Source of the DNA: Armatimonadota bacterium
GTDB taxonomy: Bacteria; Armatimonadota; HRBIN16
DNA length: 64,000 nt
Direction: 5' to 3'
NCBI GenBank assembly: GCA_963677485.1
Contig: OY781964.1
Span: forward strand, 4,096,001 to 4,160,000
A model generated the notes under the pieces. The model saw only the letters and a list, made by a program, of their open reading frames with translations, was not told the origin of the DNA and made no database searches. The position numbers and the translations under genes are program-made. Shown here piece by piece: positions 49,323 to 58,937 of the stretch. Each line of letters starts with the position of its first letter. Within the stretch, counting starts at the first letter, position 1.

Positions 49323-50485
49323 AATCACTAAATACAGTAGTTGAACAGGTACCGCCCTCTGGCATACGGCGGTTTTTCGATGTAGCGGCGCAGATGCCCG
49401 AAGCGATCTCGCTGGGGGTGGGTGAGCCAGATTTCGTCACCCCGTGGCATATACGTGAGGCCGCGATCTACTCGATCGAACGCGGGATCACCAGTTACAC
49501 AAGTAACTATGGTCTGTTAAGCCTGCGGCAGCGCATCTCCGAGCATTTGGCCAATCGATATGATGTGCATTACCGGCCAGATGACCAAGTCTTGGTTACT
49601 GTGGGCGTCAGTGAGGGCCTTGATCTAGCTTTGCGAGTTCTGCTCAATCCAGGCGATGAAGTGATCTATTTTGAGCCCAGCTATGTCAGCTACGAGCCGT
49701 GTATTCTATTAGCTGGTGGTAAACCGGTTCCTGTGCCTACAAAGCGTGAAACCGGGTTTCAACCTGAGCCAGAGATGGTAGAGCAGATGATCACATCACG
49801 CACTAAGGCGATACTGGTGTGCTACCCGAATAACCCTACTGGGGTTGTGGCATCAAAGGAGAGTTTGGAGGCATTAATGAAAATAGCCATCAAACACGAC
49901 CTTTATGTGATATCGGATGAGATTTATGATCGTCTTACATATGATGCCATCCATACCTGCGTAGCTGCTTTGCCGGGTGCAGAGGAGCGTACGTTGTTGC
50001 TGGGTGGTTTCAGTAAAGCCTATGCCATGACCGGTTGGCGGCTGGGATGGGCATGTGCTCCAGCGCATATCATCGAAATGATGATGAAGATTCACCAGTA
50101 CACCATGTTATGTGCTCCCATCACTGCCCAAAAAGCGGCTGAAGAGGCGATTATGCACGGTGAAGACGAAGTGTTGCGCATGCATGATGAGTACGATAGA
50201 CGCCGAAGATACATTGTGAAGCGGCTAAATGAGATGGGATTGGACTGTCCGACGCCCAAAGGTGCATTTTATGTATTCCCATGTATCACCAGCACAGGTC
50301 TGACCAGTGAGGAGTTCGTAGAACGTCTCCTGCTCGAAGCTAAAGTGGCTGTCGTACCCGGTAACGTGTTTGGAGCGAGTGGAGAGGGGCATGTTCGTAT
50401 GAGCTATGCGTCTTCTTTACCACGAATAGAAGAGGCGATGTCTCGTATTGAGACTTTCGTTAACAAACTCACAATTTGCGTATGA
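49319..50485 (+). CDS. Class I/II PLP aminotransferase (YugH/AlaT-like)
   Basis: SGIRRFFD, LGVGEPDF, YPNNPTG, SDEIY, FSKAYAMTGWRLG. Confidence 0.93.
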   Translation: MKSLNTVVEQVPPSGIRRFFDVAAQMPEAISLGVGEPDFVTPWHIREAAIYSIERGITSYTSNYGLLSLRQRISEHLANRYDVHYRPDDQVLVTVGVSEGLDLALRVLLNPGDEVIYFEPSYVSYEPCILLAGGKPVPVPTKRETGFQPEPEMVEQMITSRTKAILVCYPNNPTGVVASKESLEALMKIAIKHDLYVISDEIYDRLTYDAIHTCVAALPGAEERTLLLGGFSKAYAMTGWRLGWACAPAHIIEMMMKIHQYTMLCAPITAQKAAEEAIMHGEDEVLRMHDEYDRRRRYIVKRLNEMGLDCPTPKGAFYVFPCITSTGLTSEEFVERLLLEAKVAVVPGNVFGASGEGHVRMSYASSLPRIEEAMSRIETFVNKLTICV

Positions 50486-50499
50486 AGGAGACACACATT

Positions 50500-51117
50500 A
50501 TGAAGATGCTGCACGTTCTCGCGGCTGTCTCAGCCAGTTGCGTCCTCGCCGGTGCTGCTAATGCAGACAGACTGATTACAATACCGACCGCTCCCAGCCT
50601 TGGTATCGCACAGACCAAGGTTGAGGTTCTGCATGCAGATTCCCGTGGTGGGGAAACACGATACTGGGCCAACGTGGGGCTTCCCATGGGGCTTGAAGTG
50701 AGTGTAGATGGCGAATCGACTAAAACTAATAGTGATATGGGCTTTGGACTGCAGTATACCGTGCTGCCTGACACAGGCTTTACACCAGCCGTGGGCATTG
50801 GTGTGACGGACCTGACCAGCAGGACAGATGCTGGCAGCGGGCTATATATCACCTCTAGTTTCCAACTGCCCTACCTACCCGAGAACCAGTTAGTAAACTC
50901 GATCAAGCTTTTTGCCGGATTGGGTGAAGGCCGATACGCCGGTGCCTTTTTCGGTACGGAAATGGGCTTGACACACAATATGACGCTCCGTTGTGAATAT
51001 GACAGTCGTGACTTCAATACCGCATTAGATTGGCGTGCGATCAACGGCGTCTCCCTCACAGTAGCTAATCTTAACGACCAGTTGAACTACGGTGTCAGGA
51101 TACAGATCGGACTGTAG
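50500..51117 (+). CDS. Secreted/outer-membrane beta-barrel-like protein (YjbH-like)
   Basis: Signal peptide ending ANA, then DRLITIPTA, PAVGIGVTD and EYDSRDFN; alternating beta pattern. Confidence 0.55.
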   Translation: MKMLHVLAAVSASCVLAGAANADRLITIPTAPSLGIAQTKVEVLHADSRGGETRYWANVGLPMGLEVSVDGESTKTNSDMGFGLQYTVLPDTGFTPAVGIGVTDLTSRTDAGSGLYITSSFQLPYLPENQLVNSIKLFAGLGEGRYAGAFFGTEMGLTHNMTLRCEYDSRDFNTALDWRAINGVSLTVANLNDQLNYGVRIQIGL

Positions 51118-51131
51118 CCGATAGTCAGTAA

Positions 51132-51158
51132 AAGGCCACTCAGTGTTGAAGTGGCCTT
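51132..51158 (+). terminator. Possible terminator hairpin
   Basis: AAGGCCACT / AGTGGCCTT stem; weak U tract. Confidence 0.4.
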
Positions 51159-51190
51159 GTAATATGCAGCAGGAGCAAGTTGGTAACACC

Positions 51191-51892
51191 ATGAACGCGT
51201 ACCATCCTCAAGGTTCGTCTCCGACGACCGATATCCTAAGGCTACTACGAAATAGTGTAGGCGCAGAACTCGAAGACTTTTCTACGCTGACTTCATATAG
51301 TCGGAAAGAGATGATATTTAAGCCTGGTGATGAAGAGCGTAATGTTTACATCATTCAACAGGGTCGCGTCAGGTTATTCCGTCAGAACCCATCTGGAAAA
51401 GACATCACACTGAACCTGTTGGATGACAACGAGCTATTTGGCGAGATGGCCTTATTCTTTACGGGTCAGAGGATAAATGCCGCCGCTGCCCTGGAAGAAA
51501 CTAGAATATATGTCATTTCGATTGATGTCTTCAAAAAATGGATGCAGGATGTACCCGAGCTGAGTCAGAGCGTGTTGCTGCTCATGGCCGACAGACGGCG
51601 TATCATGGAACAAAAAGCGACAGAATTTGCCATATTTGAGGTCTCTCAAAGGGTGGCGCGTACGATCCTTCAGCTTTTTGCCAGATATAACGGCTACCCG
51701 AATGAGCAGTCAAAATCGATCAATGTACGCATCACGCAGGGCGAGCTTGCCAGCATCGCCGGTACCACGCGCGAGAGTGCAACCTGTCAGTTGAATAATT
51801 TCCGGCGTGAGGGCTTCATCGAGATCGTGGACCGTCGCATTGTGCTTCTAGACCGCACAGCTTTGCAGCGTGTGGCTGATAACAACCTGTAA
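51191..51892 (+). CDS. CRP/FNR family regulator
   Basis: cNMP domain (QGRVRL, LFGEMAL) and HTH ITQGELASIAGTTRES. Start position uncertain. Confidence 0.9.
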   Translation: MNAYHPQGSSPTTDILRLLRNSVGAELEDFSTLTSYSRKEMIFKPGDEERNVYIIQQGRVRLFRQNPSGKDITLNLLDDNELFGEMALFFTGQRINAAAALEETRIYVISIDVFKKWMQDVPELSQSVLLLMADRRRIMEQKATEFAIFEVSQRVARTILQLFARYNGYPNEQSKSINVRITQGELASIAGTTRESATCQLNNFRREGFIEIVDRRIVLLDRTALQRVADNNL

Positions 51893-51915
51893 AGAGCGCC
51901 TAGGTAGTAGCTGGT

Positions 51916-52119
51916 TTGGCTATGTCCGGGGCGGTCTGTCAGTACGCCTGCCGAGGCCACTGTCTATAGACCGCGCCGGTCTTGTTCCTGGCACAGATTT
52001 TTCATGGCTATCCGCCAGACCGGCGCGGTCTTGAGCCTTCTGCAGCCATTAGCCTACGCACAGACCGCCCCGGACATAGGCAACGATTGGCTGCAATAGA
52101 GGCGAACAGCCATTTGCAT
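51916..52119. repeat. Long palindromic element, copy 3 (imperfect arms)
   Basis: Left arm resembles copy 2; right arm and tail resemble copy 1. Confidence 0.88.
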
Positions 52120-52188
52120 CCACTGAAATTACTGAAGTTCAAGCACACCACCAACTGTGAGGATAGATTGCAGGCTCTTTCAAGCAAC

Positions 52189-52989
52189 ATGAGTACAGCC
52201 CGAAAACTTGGCGCTGTGTACGTATTTACTTTCCACACGATGATGGCGTACCGGGCACAGGCGTTCATTTGGATACTGACCGACGCCATCCCCGCGGTGG
52301 TGATGCCGCTTGTGTGGATAGCATCCTACCAGGGGCGTACCCAGCTAGGCGGATTCGCTCCGAACCAGATGGTGATGTACTATCTGTTCACTATGATGAT
52401 GAACAGCTTCATCACATCGCATGTGCAGTGGGACATTGCGAATGATATCCGCGAAGGCCGATTCAGCGTACCGCTGGTGCGGCCATTCCCTTATTACCTC
52501 TACATGCTTGTGACAAACTTCAGTTGGCGAGTCAACCGCACCATTCTGGCCGTGCCCGTGTTTTGCCTGGGTTTGTGGCTGTATCGGGATATGATCACTT
52601 TTACTGGTTTTACACTGGGTGCCGGGTTCTGGGCGACGCTGTTCGCAGGGCATCTTCTATCGTTTAGTATGGTGTTTTGCATGGGTATACTGGCATTGTA
52701 TTTTCAGGAGATACGGAATGTGCTTGATCTATATTACATCCCCATGCTGTTCCTCAGCGGATCCATCGCTCCTGTGGCCTTACTGCCTCATTCAGTGCAA
52801 GCTGTCAGCACCTATCTACCGTTCAGGTTCACGCTCTCAGTCCCGCTTGAGGTTCTGATGGGGCGTCTTCACGGTGCTGACATGTGGTGGGCGTTCGCTA
52901 ACCAACTCGGCTGGATTGCACTGTTTGGTGTGCTCTCCATCATCATGTGGAAGCGTGGGCTCAAACACTATACCGGGGTGGGGATGTGA
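52189..52989 (+). CDS. ABC-2 type permease (DUF990-like)
   Basis: MAYRA, DIREGRFSVPLVRP, FLSGSIAP, YLPF, GLKHYTGVG. Confidence 0.85.
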   Translation: MSTARKLGAVYVFTFHTMMAYRAQAFIWILTDAIPAVVMPLVWIASYQGRTQLGGFAPNQMVMYYLFTMMMNSFITSHVQWDIANDIREGRFSVPLVRPFPYYLYMLVTNFSWRVNRTILAVPVFCLGLWLYRDMITFTGFTLGAGFWATLFAGHLLSFSMVFCMGILALYFQEIRNVLDLYYIPMLFLSGSIAPVALLPHSVQAVSTYLPFRFTLSVPLEVLMGRLHGADMWWAFANQLGWIALFGVLSIIMWKRGLKHYTGVGM

Positions 52990-53783
52990 AGCTCAATAGA
53001 ACTGTCGCGGTATACAAGATGTTCCTGGCGAACAGCTTTCGTCGCGAAGTGGAGTTCAAAGCCAACTTCTGGGCCAAGGTGCTGAGCGGGTTAGCATGGC
53101 TGTTCTTCTTCTTGTTGACCATGCAGCTTATCTACAGCCAGACCCCCAGCATTGCGGGGTGGAACAGGCCGCAAGGGTTTATGCTGATGGGCACTTGTTA
53201 CCTGATGGGGGCCATTGCACAACTCACTTTCTACGGTAATCTGAGCCAGTTTCCTATCATGATACAGACCGGCGTTTTTGACTTCGCGTTGGTGAAACCC
53301 GTCAACACACTGTTTTGGGTGGGATTTCGATTTGTGAACCTGGATGCCATCGCGAGCATCATCGGCTCAATCGGCATGTTGATATGGGGTGGAACCCAAC
53401 TCGGAGTGGAAACGCCAGGTGCTGTGGATTGGGTATTCTATCTAGTGATGTTCATCTGCGGATTAGTGATCTATTTTGGCATGTATCTGCTGATGATGAG
53501 CACAGCCTTTTGGTTTGTGCGCGTGGAAAATCTGACAGTGCTGATGGACATGCTGAGCTGGACGGCCCGATTCCCGCTGGATATCTTCCGGGGAGCAACA
53601 CGGGTACTGCTGACATATGTGTTACCGGTCGCCTTTTTAGCTAGTCTGCCGTGCGGTGCCTTGCTTGGCCGGCTTCCATACTGGTGGCTGGCTGTCGGCG
53701 TGCTTATGGCGGTTACGGTGCTTTCTGCGGCAGTCGGCTTCTTTCGGTATGCCATCAGCAGTTACAGCAGTGCCAGCAGTTAA
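52986..53783 (+). CDS. ABC-2 type permease (DUF990-like), second subunit
   Basis: EFKANF, IAGW, GVFDFALVKPVN, RFPLDIF, YSSASS end; GTG overlaps the upstream stop. Confidence 0.85.
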   Translation: MKLNRTVAVYKMFLANSFRREVEFKANFWAKVLSGLAWLFFFLLTMQLIYSQTPSIAGWNRPQGFMLMGTCYLMGAIAQLTFYGNLSQFPIMIQTGVFDFALVKPVNTLFWVGFRFVNLDAIASIIGSIGMLIWGGTQLGVETPGAVDWVFYLVMFICGLVIYFGMYLLMMSTAFWFVRVENLTVLMDMLSWTARFPLDIFRGATRVLLTYVLPVAFLASLPCGALLGRLPYWWLAVGVLMAVTVLSAAVGFFRYAISSYSSASS

Positions 53784-53887
53784 CGTGCGCAATTGACAAT
53801 AACCAACTCAGAACGGACAATGAGTAATTGGTGTATTGCAGTTACCTTGTTCAGTGGACCTATCTCTAACGAAAAGTGAATCACTTT

Positions 53888-54658
53888 ATGCAGCAACTAG
53901 ATATGGAAACCCCCGCGGTGAAAGCCGCCATACAAGCTGGTCTTGACTTGCAGCGGATCCCTGCGCACATCGCCATCATTATGGATGGAAATGGCCGCTG
54001 GGCTGCAGGACGAGGACTGCCACGGCTGATCGGCCACAGGCAAGGATACAAGACGGTGCGCAACATCGTGCGTGAAGCCTCGGACCTTGGTGTGAAAGCT
54101 CTCACCCTGTATACTTTCAGCACGGAGAACTGGCGACGTCCTGAGGAAGAGACGACAGGGTTGATGAAGCTGATTGGTGAAGCAGCCCGTCAAGAGCTAC
54201 GCAGCATGTATCAAAACGGTGTCCGAGTGCAGGTGAGCGGACGTATTAACGGTCTGCCCACAGAGGTGCGTGAGGAACTGCAGCGAGGGATCGAAACCAC
54301 CAAAAGCAATGACCGGATTATACTCAATCTTGCCATCAACTATGGTGGGCGTGCTGAGATAGTGGATGCGATGCGTATCATTGCCGCGCAGGTGGCGGCT
54401 GGTGAAATCACTCCCGAACAGATTGATGAACAGACTGTAGCCGCCCATCTTTATACACATGGACTGCCCGACCCTGATCTATTAATCCGTACAGCAGGCG
54501 AAATGCGCCTGAGCAACTTTTTGATCTGGCAGACCGCTTACTCGGAGCTGCACATCACCCCCACACTCTGGCCCGACTTTACACTGGCGCATCTGGTGGC
54601 TGCCATTGACGACTACCAGAAGAGGGTGCGCAAGTTTGGCGGGGTGGTGAGCTCTTAA
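53888..54658 (+). CDS. uppS: Undecaprenyl diphosphate synthase
   Basis: HIAIIMDGNGRWA, FSTENWRRP, NYGGR, DLLIRTAGEMRLSNFLIWQ. Confidence 0.96.
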   Translation: MQQLDMETPAVKAAIQAGLDLQRIPAHIAIIMDGNGRWAAGRGLPRLIGHRQGYKTVRNIVREASDLGVKALTLYTFSTENWRRPEEETTGLMKLIGEAARQELRSMYQNGVRVQVSGRINGLPTEVREELQRGIETTKSNDRIILNLAINYGGRAEIVDAMRIIAAQVAAGEITPEQIDEQTVAAHLYTHGLPDPDLLIRTAGEMRLSNFLIWQTAYSELHITPTLWPDFTLAHLVAAIDDYQKRVRKFGGVVSS

Positions 54659-55797
54659 TGATACGAGTAGCGGTTCTTGGGTCCACCGGCTCCATCGGCA
54701 CTCAGACTCTTGATGTGATCGCCCGGTTGAGCTACCGGCTGCAGGTGGTTGCTTTGGCCGCCCACAGCAACGTGAAGCTCCTAGCTGAACAGGCGAAGAA
54801 GTTTGATGTCCACCATCTATGCCTGATGAACCCGGATGCCGCGAAGGCCCTCAGTCAGGACCTTGATGGACTGCCCGTGTTGAGCGGTGATGATGGTCTG
54901 TGCACATTGGCTCAATTACCCGAAGTGGATGTGGTGGTCATCAGTGTCGCCGGTGTGTGCGGACTTGGAGCCACTCTGGCGGCCATCGAGGCCGGTAAGG
55001 GTATCGCCCTGGCCAGCAAAGAGGTTCTCGTGGCGGCTGGCGAAAGTGTGATGCGTCTGGCTCGTGAGCGCGGCGTGGTGGTGGCACCTATTGACAGCGA
55101 GCACAGCGCCATATTCCAGTGCCTGCAGGGATATCGAAGTGAGGACGTGGCGAAGATACTGGTCACCAGCTCCGGCGGAGCTGTACGCGATGTGCCCGTA
55201 GAGGACTTGCCTGATGTGAGCCCTGAGCGCGCGCTGAAGCACCCCAACTGGAGCATGGGGGTGAAGATCACCATAGATAGCGCCACGTTGATGAACAAGA
55301 GCCTTGAGGTCATAGAGGCCTGCTGGTTATTTAATGTGCCCTTCGAGCGGGTGAAGGTGATCATCCACCCACAGAGTATTGTGCATAGCCTGGTGGAGTT
55401 CAACGATGGCTCGCTGTTGGCGCAACTGGGGTTGCCTGACATGCGTCTGCCTATTCAGTTGGCGTTGCTGCATCCGGCGCGCATTGACACCGGTTTGCCT
55501 CGGCTTGACCTGACTCAGGTGAGTGCGTTGAGCTTCCTGCAGCCTGATCCCGCCCGCTACCCCTCACTGGAGCTCGCCACATTGGCCATGGACGCAGGTG
55601 GTACGATGAGCGCAGTGATGAACGCCGCCAACGAGCTGGCGGTATCTCGTTTCGTCAACCGCGAAATCGGGTTTACTCAGATTGTGGACTTGGTGCGCAG
55701 CGTGATGCTGCAGCATGATCCTCTGGAAGCCAGCCTGGGTAATGTGTATAGCACAGACGAATGGGCGCGCCAGCAAGCCCTCAGCTGGCAGGCGTAG
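54658..55797 (+). CDS. dxr: 1-deoxy-D-xylulose-5-phosphate reductoisomerase
   Basis: LGSTGSIG, PIDSEHSAIFQ, HPNWSMGVKITIDSATLMNK, PDMRLPI, NAANE. Confidence 0.97.
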   Translation: MIRVAVLGSTGSIGTQTLDVIARLSYRLQVVALAAHSNVKLLAEQAKKFDVHHLCLMNPDAAKALSQDLDGLPVLSGDDGLCTLAQLPEVDVVVISVAGVCGLGATLAAIEAGKGIALASKEVLVAAGESVMRLARERGVVVAPIDSEHSAIFQCLQGYRSEDVAKILVTSSGGAVRDVPVEDLPDVSPERALKHPNWSMGVKITIDSATLMNKSLEVIEACWLFNVPFERVKVIIHPQSIVHSLVEFNDGSLLAQLGLPDMRLPIQLALLHPARIDTGLPRLDLTQVSALSFLQPDPARYPSLELATLAMDAGGTMSAVMNAANELAVSRFVNREIGFTQIVDLVRSVMLQHDPLEASLGNVYSTDEWARQQALSWQA

Positions 55798-56116
55798 GAG
55801 CTTATCCAGACATAAGCAACGCTTGCTGTAAATCTCACCGCCCGGCCCTTCGCTACTTCGTACTCCTATATACTGCTCAACCGAACCCACACTATTACCA
55901 GTTTTTACTCATGCCTCCATCATAACGAAATTGTGGCTGTAACATAAGGTACAATGTTTCAAATACAGTTGAAATCGCCAGCATTTATTCAACTAATCAG
56001 TCGCGAATCACCTCGTTATAGAACCGGGTGTTGAGACACATTTTTCGCCGTACTCGAAGATCACCCATCTTCATCATTTACGACACACTACGCACTTCTA
56101 GGAAGGTTTTGACCAT

Positions 56117-58930
56117 ATGCATCCGGAAACCAGACTTCTAGGTGAGATGCTGACTAACGCCGGTTTGATCACAAATGAGCAACTAGGAGAGGCCATCCAA
56201 CATCTGCCGAGTTATGGAAGCAGGGGAGCTCTGGTACCTGGAGCTCTTCAAAATGCGATATTCAACAGTGCTAACTTCTCAAGTATCGCCACTGACGAGA
56301 AGGGTGTCATACAGATTTTCAACGTGGGTGCTGAACGTATGCTTGGATACTCAGCCCTTGAGGTCGTTGATCGGATCACCCCGGCTGACATCTCTGATCC
56401 TCTGGAGGTGATCGCCCGTGCGGAGGCGTTGAGCCTTGAACTTGGAACACCAATCGCACCTGGTTTTGAGGCATTGGTTTTTAAAGCCTCACGCGGGATC
56501 GAAGACATCTATGAACTGACCTACTTCCGTAAGGATGGCAGCCGGTTCCCTGCGGTGGTCTCTGTCACAGCTCTCCGCGACGATCAAGACGCCATCATCG
56601 GCTATCTGCTAATCGGCACAGATAATACGGCGCGTAAACAGGCCGAAGCGGCACTGATACAGGCCGGAGCTTTGCAGAATGCCATTTTCAATAGTGCCAA
56701 CTTCTCAAGTATCGCCACCGATGAGAAAGGCGTGATTCAGATATTTAATGTGGGCGCCGAACGGATGTTAGGGTATGCGGCGGCTGAGGTGGTGGATAAG
56801 ATCACGCCTGCCGACATCTCCGATCCGCAGGAGGTGATTGCCCGGGCGGAGGAGTTGAGTCAGGAACTCGGAACGCCGATTGCGCCTGGGTTTGAAGCCT
56901 TAGTGTTCAAGGCCTCCCGCGGAATTGAAGACATCTATGAACTAACCTATATCCGTAAAGACGGCAGTAGATTTCCTGCCGTGGTGTCAGTCACAGCACT
57001 CCGGGATGAACAGGGTTCTATCATCGGCTATCTGCTGATAGGCACCGACAATACCGTACGTAAGCAGGTTGAGGCCGATCAGATGCTGCTTGATCAGCGT
57101 CTGCGGGACCAGCAGTTCTACACCCGGTCTCTGTTTGAATCGAATATCGATGCGATCATGACCACCGATCCGTCCGGCATCATCACAGATGTCAACAAGC
57201 AGATGGAGGCTCTGACCGGCCGTACCCGTGACGAGTTGATAGGTGCGCCATTTAAGAGCTACTTCACCGACCCGGCACTAGCGGAGGCGAGCATCAAGCT
57301 GGTGCTGGCTGAAAAGAAGGTCACAAACTATGAGCTTACGGTGCGAGCATGGGATGGCACCGAAACAGTGGTCTCTTATAATGCGACCACGTTCTATGAC
57401 CGTAACCGGAAACTACAGGGTGTGTTCGCGGCTGCACGCGATATTACCGAGTTAAAGAGAGTTGAGCATAGACTGGAAGGATATAATGCTGAGATAGAGA
57501 GTGCCAGAGTTGCAGCTGAAAAGGCAAATCAGGCCAAATCGGAATTCCTCTCCAGCATGAGCCATGAGTTGCGAAGTCCATTGAATGCCATTCTAGGCTT
57601 TGCTCAATTGATGGAAAATGATACTCCACCACCTTCACCATCACAAACGACCAGTATCAACCAGATACTGGAATCGGGCTGGTATCTGCTGTCCCTCATC
57701 AACGAGATTCTCGATCTGGCCACCGTGGAGTCTGGGAAAATCGCTTTGTCTATGGAGCCAGTATCTGTAGCTGATGTCTTTCGCGAAATTCAGACGATGA
57801 TGGAACCTCAGGTCAGGAAGCGTGATATCAAGATCTCATTTCCTCACATCGATACGTCCTCCTATGTGTTTGCAGATCGGACACGACTCAAACAAGTGAT
57901 GATTAATCTCATTTCAAATGCGATCAAGTATAACCGAGCCGGTGGATCTATCATCGTAGAGTGTACTGAGGTGGCTCCTTCGAATATACAGATCAGGGTG
58001 AAAGATACTGGAGTTGGGATATCATCTGAAAAAGTTGCGGAACTGTTCCAGTCATTCAATAGGCTTGGTCAGGAAAACAGCAGCGTTGAGGGGACAGGTA
58101 TAGGCCTGGTGATGAGCAAACGTCTGGTAGAGTTGATGAGCGGTGTGATCGGTGTGGAAAGCGAGCTAGGGGTTGGCAGCGAATTCTGGATTGAGTTGCG
58201 AGCGGCTGCAGCTCCCACGCTAACGCGAGAACAAACTTTTCCAGCAGAAGCATCCTTCTCCTCCGAGGTAGGTTTGGATGTACACACAATACTTTACGTT
58301 GAGGATAATCCTGCTAACCTGAAGCTTGTAGAACAGTTGATATCCCGACATCCGGACTTGAGGCTGTTGACAGCGGTGGATGCCATGTCTGGCATTGAAC
58401 TAGCGAATACTATGCAACCCGATGTGATATTGATGGACATAAATCTTCCTGGGATCAGTGGGGTAGAGGCTATGAAAATACTTCATGATCAGCCGGAGAC
58501 CGCCCATATACCCATCATTGCTGTCAGTGCGAATGCCATGTCGAGTGATATCAAAAAGGGGCTTGATGCGGGGTTCTTCCGTTATCTGACAAAACCTCTC
58601 AATATTAAGACATTTGCGAACACCATCCGAATGGCGCTCAAGCATCCCAACAACGCAGGTAGTCACCCTGTTCATGCTCCGGCTGACGTGTCTGTGCAGA
58701 CCGATGAACAGAAGACCGAAATTCCGAACAGTTTACCACTGCCCGATGATCTCATTGGTCGTCTACGTGATGCGGCATTGGGTGCAGACAATGAACAGCT
58801 CATGCTTCTCTGCAATGAAGTGGCTGAGTATAGTGTGCCTCAGGCACTCGAGATAAAAAGGGCAGTAGATACATTCAGTTACCAGCGTGTATTGAACATG
58901 CTGTCAAACGACGCTATTCAGGAGAATTAA
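56117..58930 (+). CDS. Hybrid sensor kinase: MshEN-like N-terminus, three PAS domains, HisKA, HATPase, REC
   Basis: SHELRSPLN, NLISNAIKY, GTGIGL, YVEDN..LMDINLP; duplicated PAS unit of 142 aa. Confidence 0.9.
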   Translation: MHPETRLLGEMLTNAGLITNEQLGEAIQHLPSYGSRGALVPGALQNAIFNSANFSSIATDEKGVIQIFNVGAERMLGYSALEVVDRITPADISDPLEVIARAEALSLELGTPIAPGFEALVFKASRGIEDIYELTYFRKDGSRFPAVVSVTALRDDQDAIIGYLLIGTDNTARKQAEAALIQAGALQNAIFNSANFSSIATDEKGVIQIFNVGAERMLGYAAAEVVDKITPADISDPQEVIARAEELSQELGTPIAPGFEALVFKASRGIEDIYELTYIRKDGSRFPAVVSVTALRDEQGSIIGYLLIGTDNTVRKQVEADQMLLDQRLRDQQFYTRSLFESNIDAIMTTDPSGIITDVNKQMEALTGRTRDELIGAPFKSYFTDPALAEASIKLVLAEKKVTNYELTVRAWDGTETVVSYNATTFYDRNRKLQGVFAAARDITELKRVEHRLEGYNAEIESARVAAEKANQAKSEFLSSMSHELRSPLNAILGFAQLMENDTPPPSPSQTTSINQILESGWYLLSLINEILDLATVESGKIALSMEPVSVADVFREIQTMMEPQVRKRDIKISFPHIDTSSYVFADRTRLKQVMINLISNAIKYNRAGGSIIVECTEVAPSNIQIRVKDTGVGISSEKVAELFQSFNRLGQENSSVEGTGIGLVMSKRLVELMSGVIGVESELGVGSEFWIELRAAAAPTLTREQTFPAEASFSSEVGLDVHTILYVEDNPANLKLVEQLISRHPDLRLLTAVDAMSGIELANTMQPDVILMDINLPGISGVEAMKILHDQPETAHIPIIAVSANAMSSDIKKGLDAGFFRYLTKPLNIKTFANTIRMALKHPNNAGSHPVHAPADVSVQTDEQKTEIPNSLPLPDDLIGRLRDAALGADNEQLMLLCNEVAEYSVPQALEIKRAVDTFSYQRVLNMLSNDAIQEN

Positions 58931-58937
58931 TGATTAT

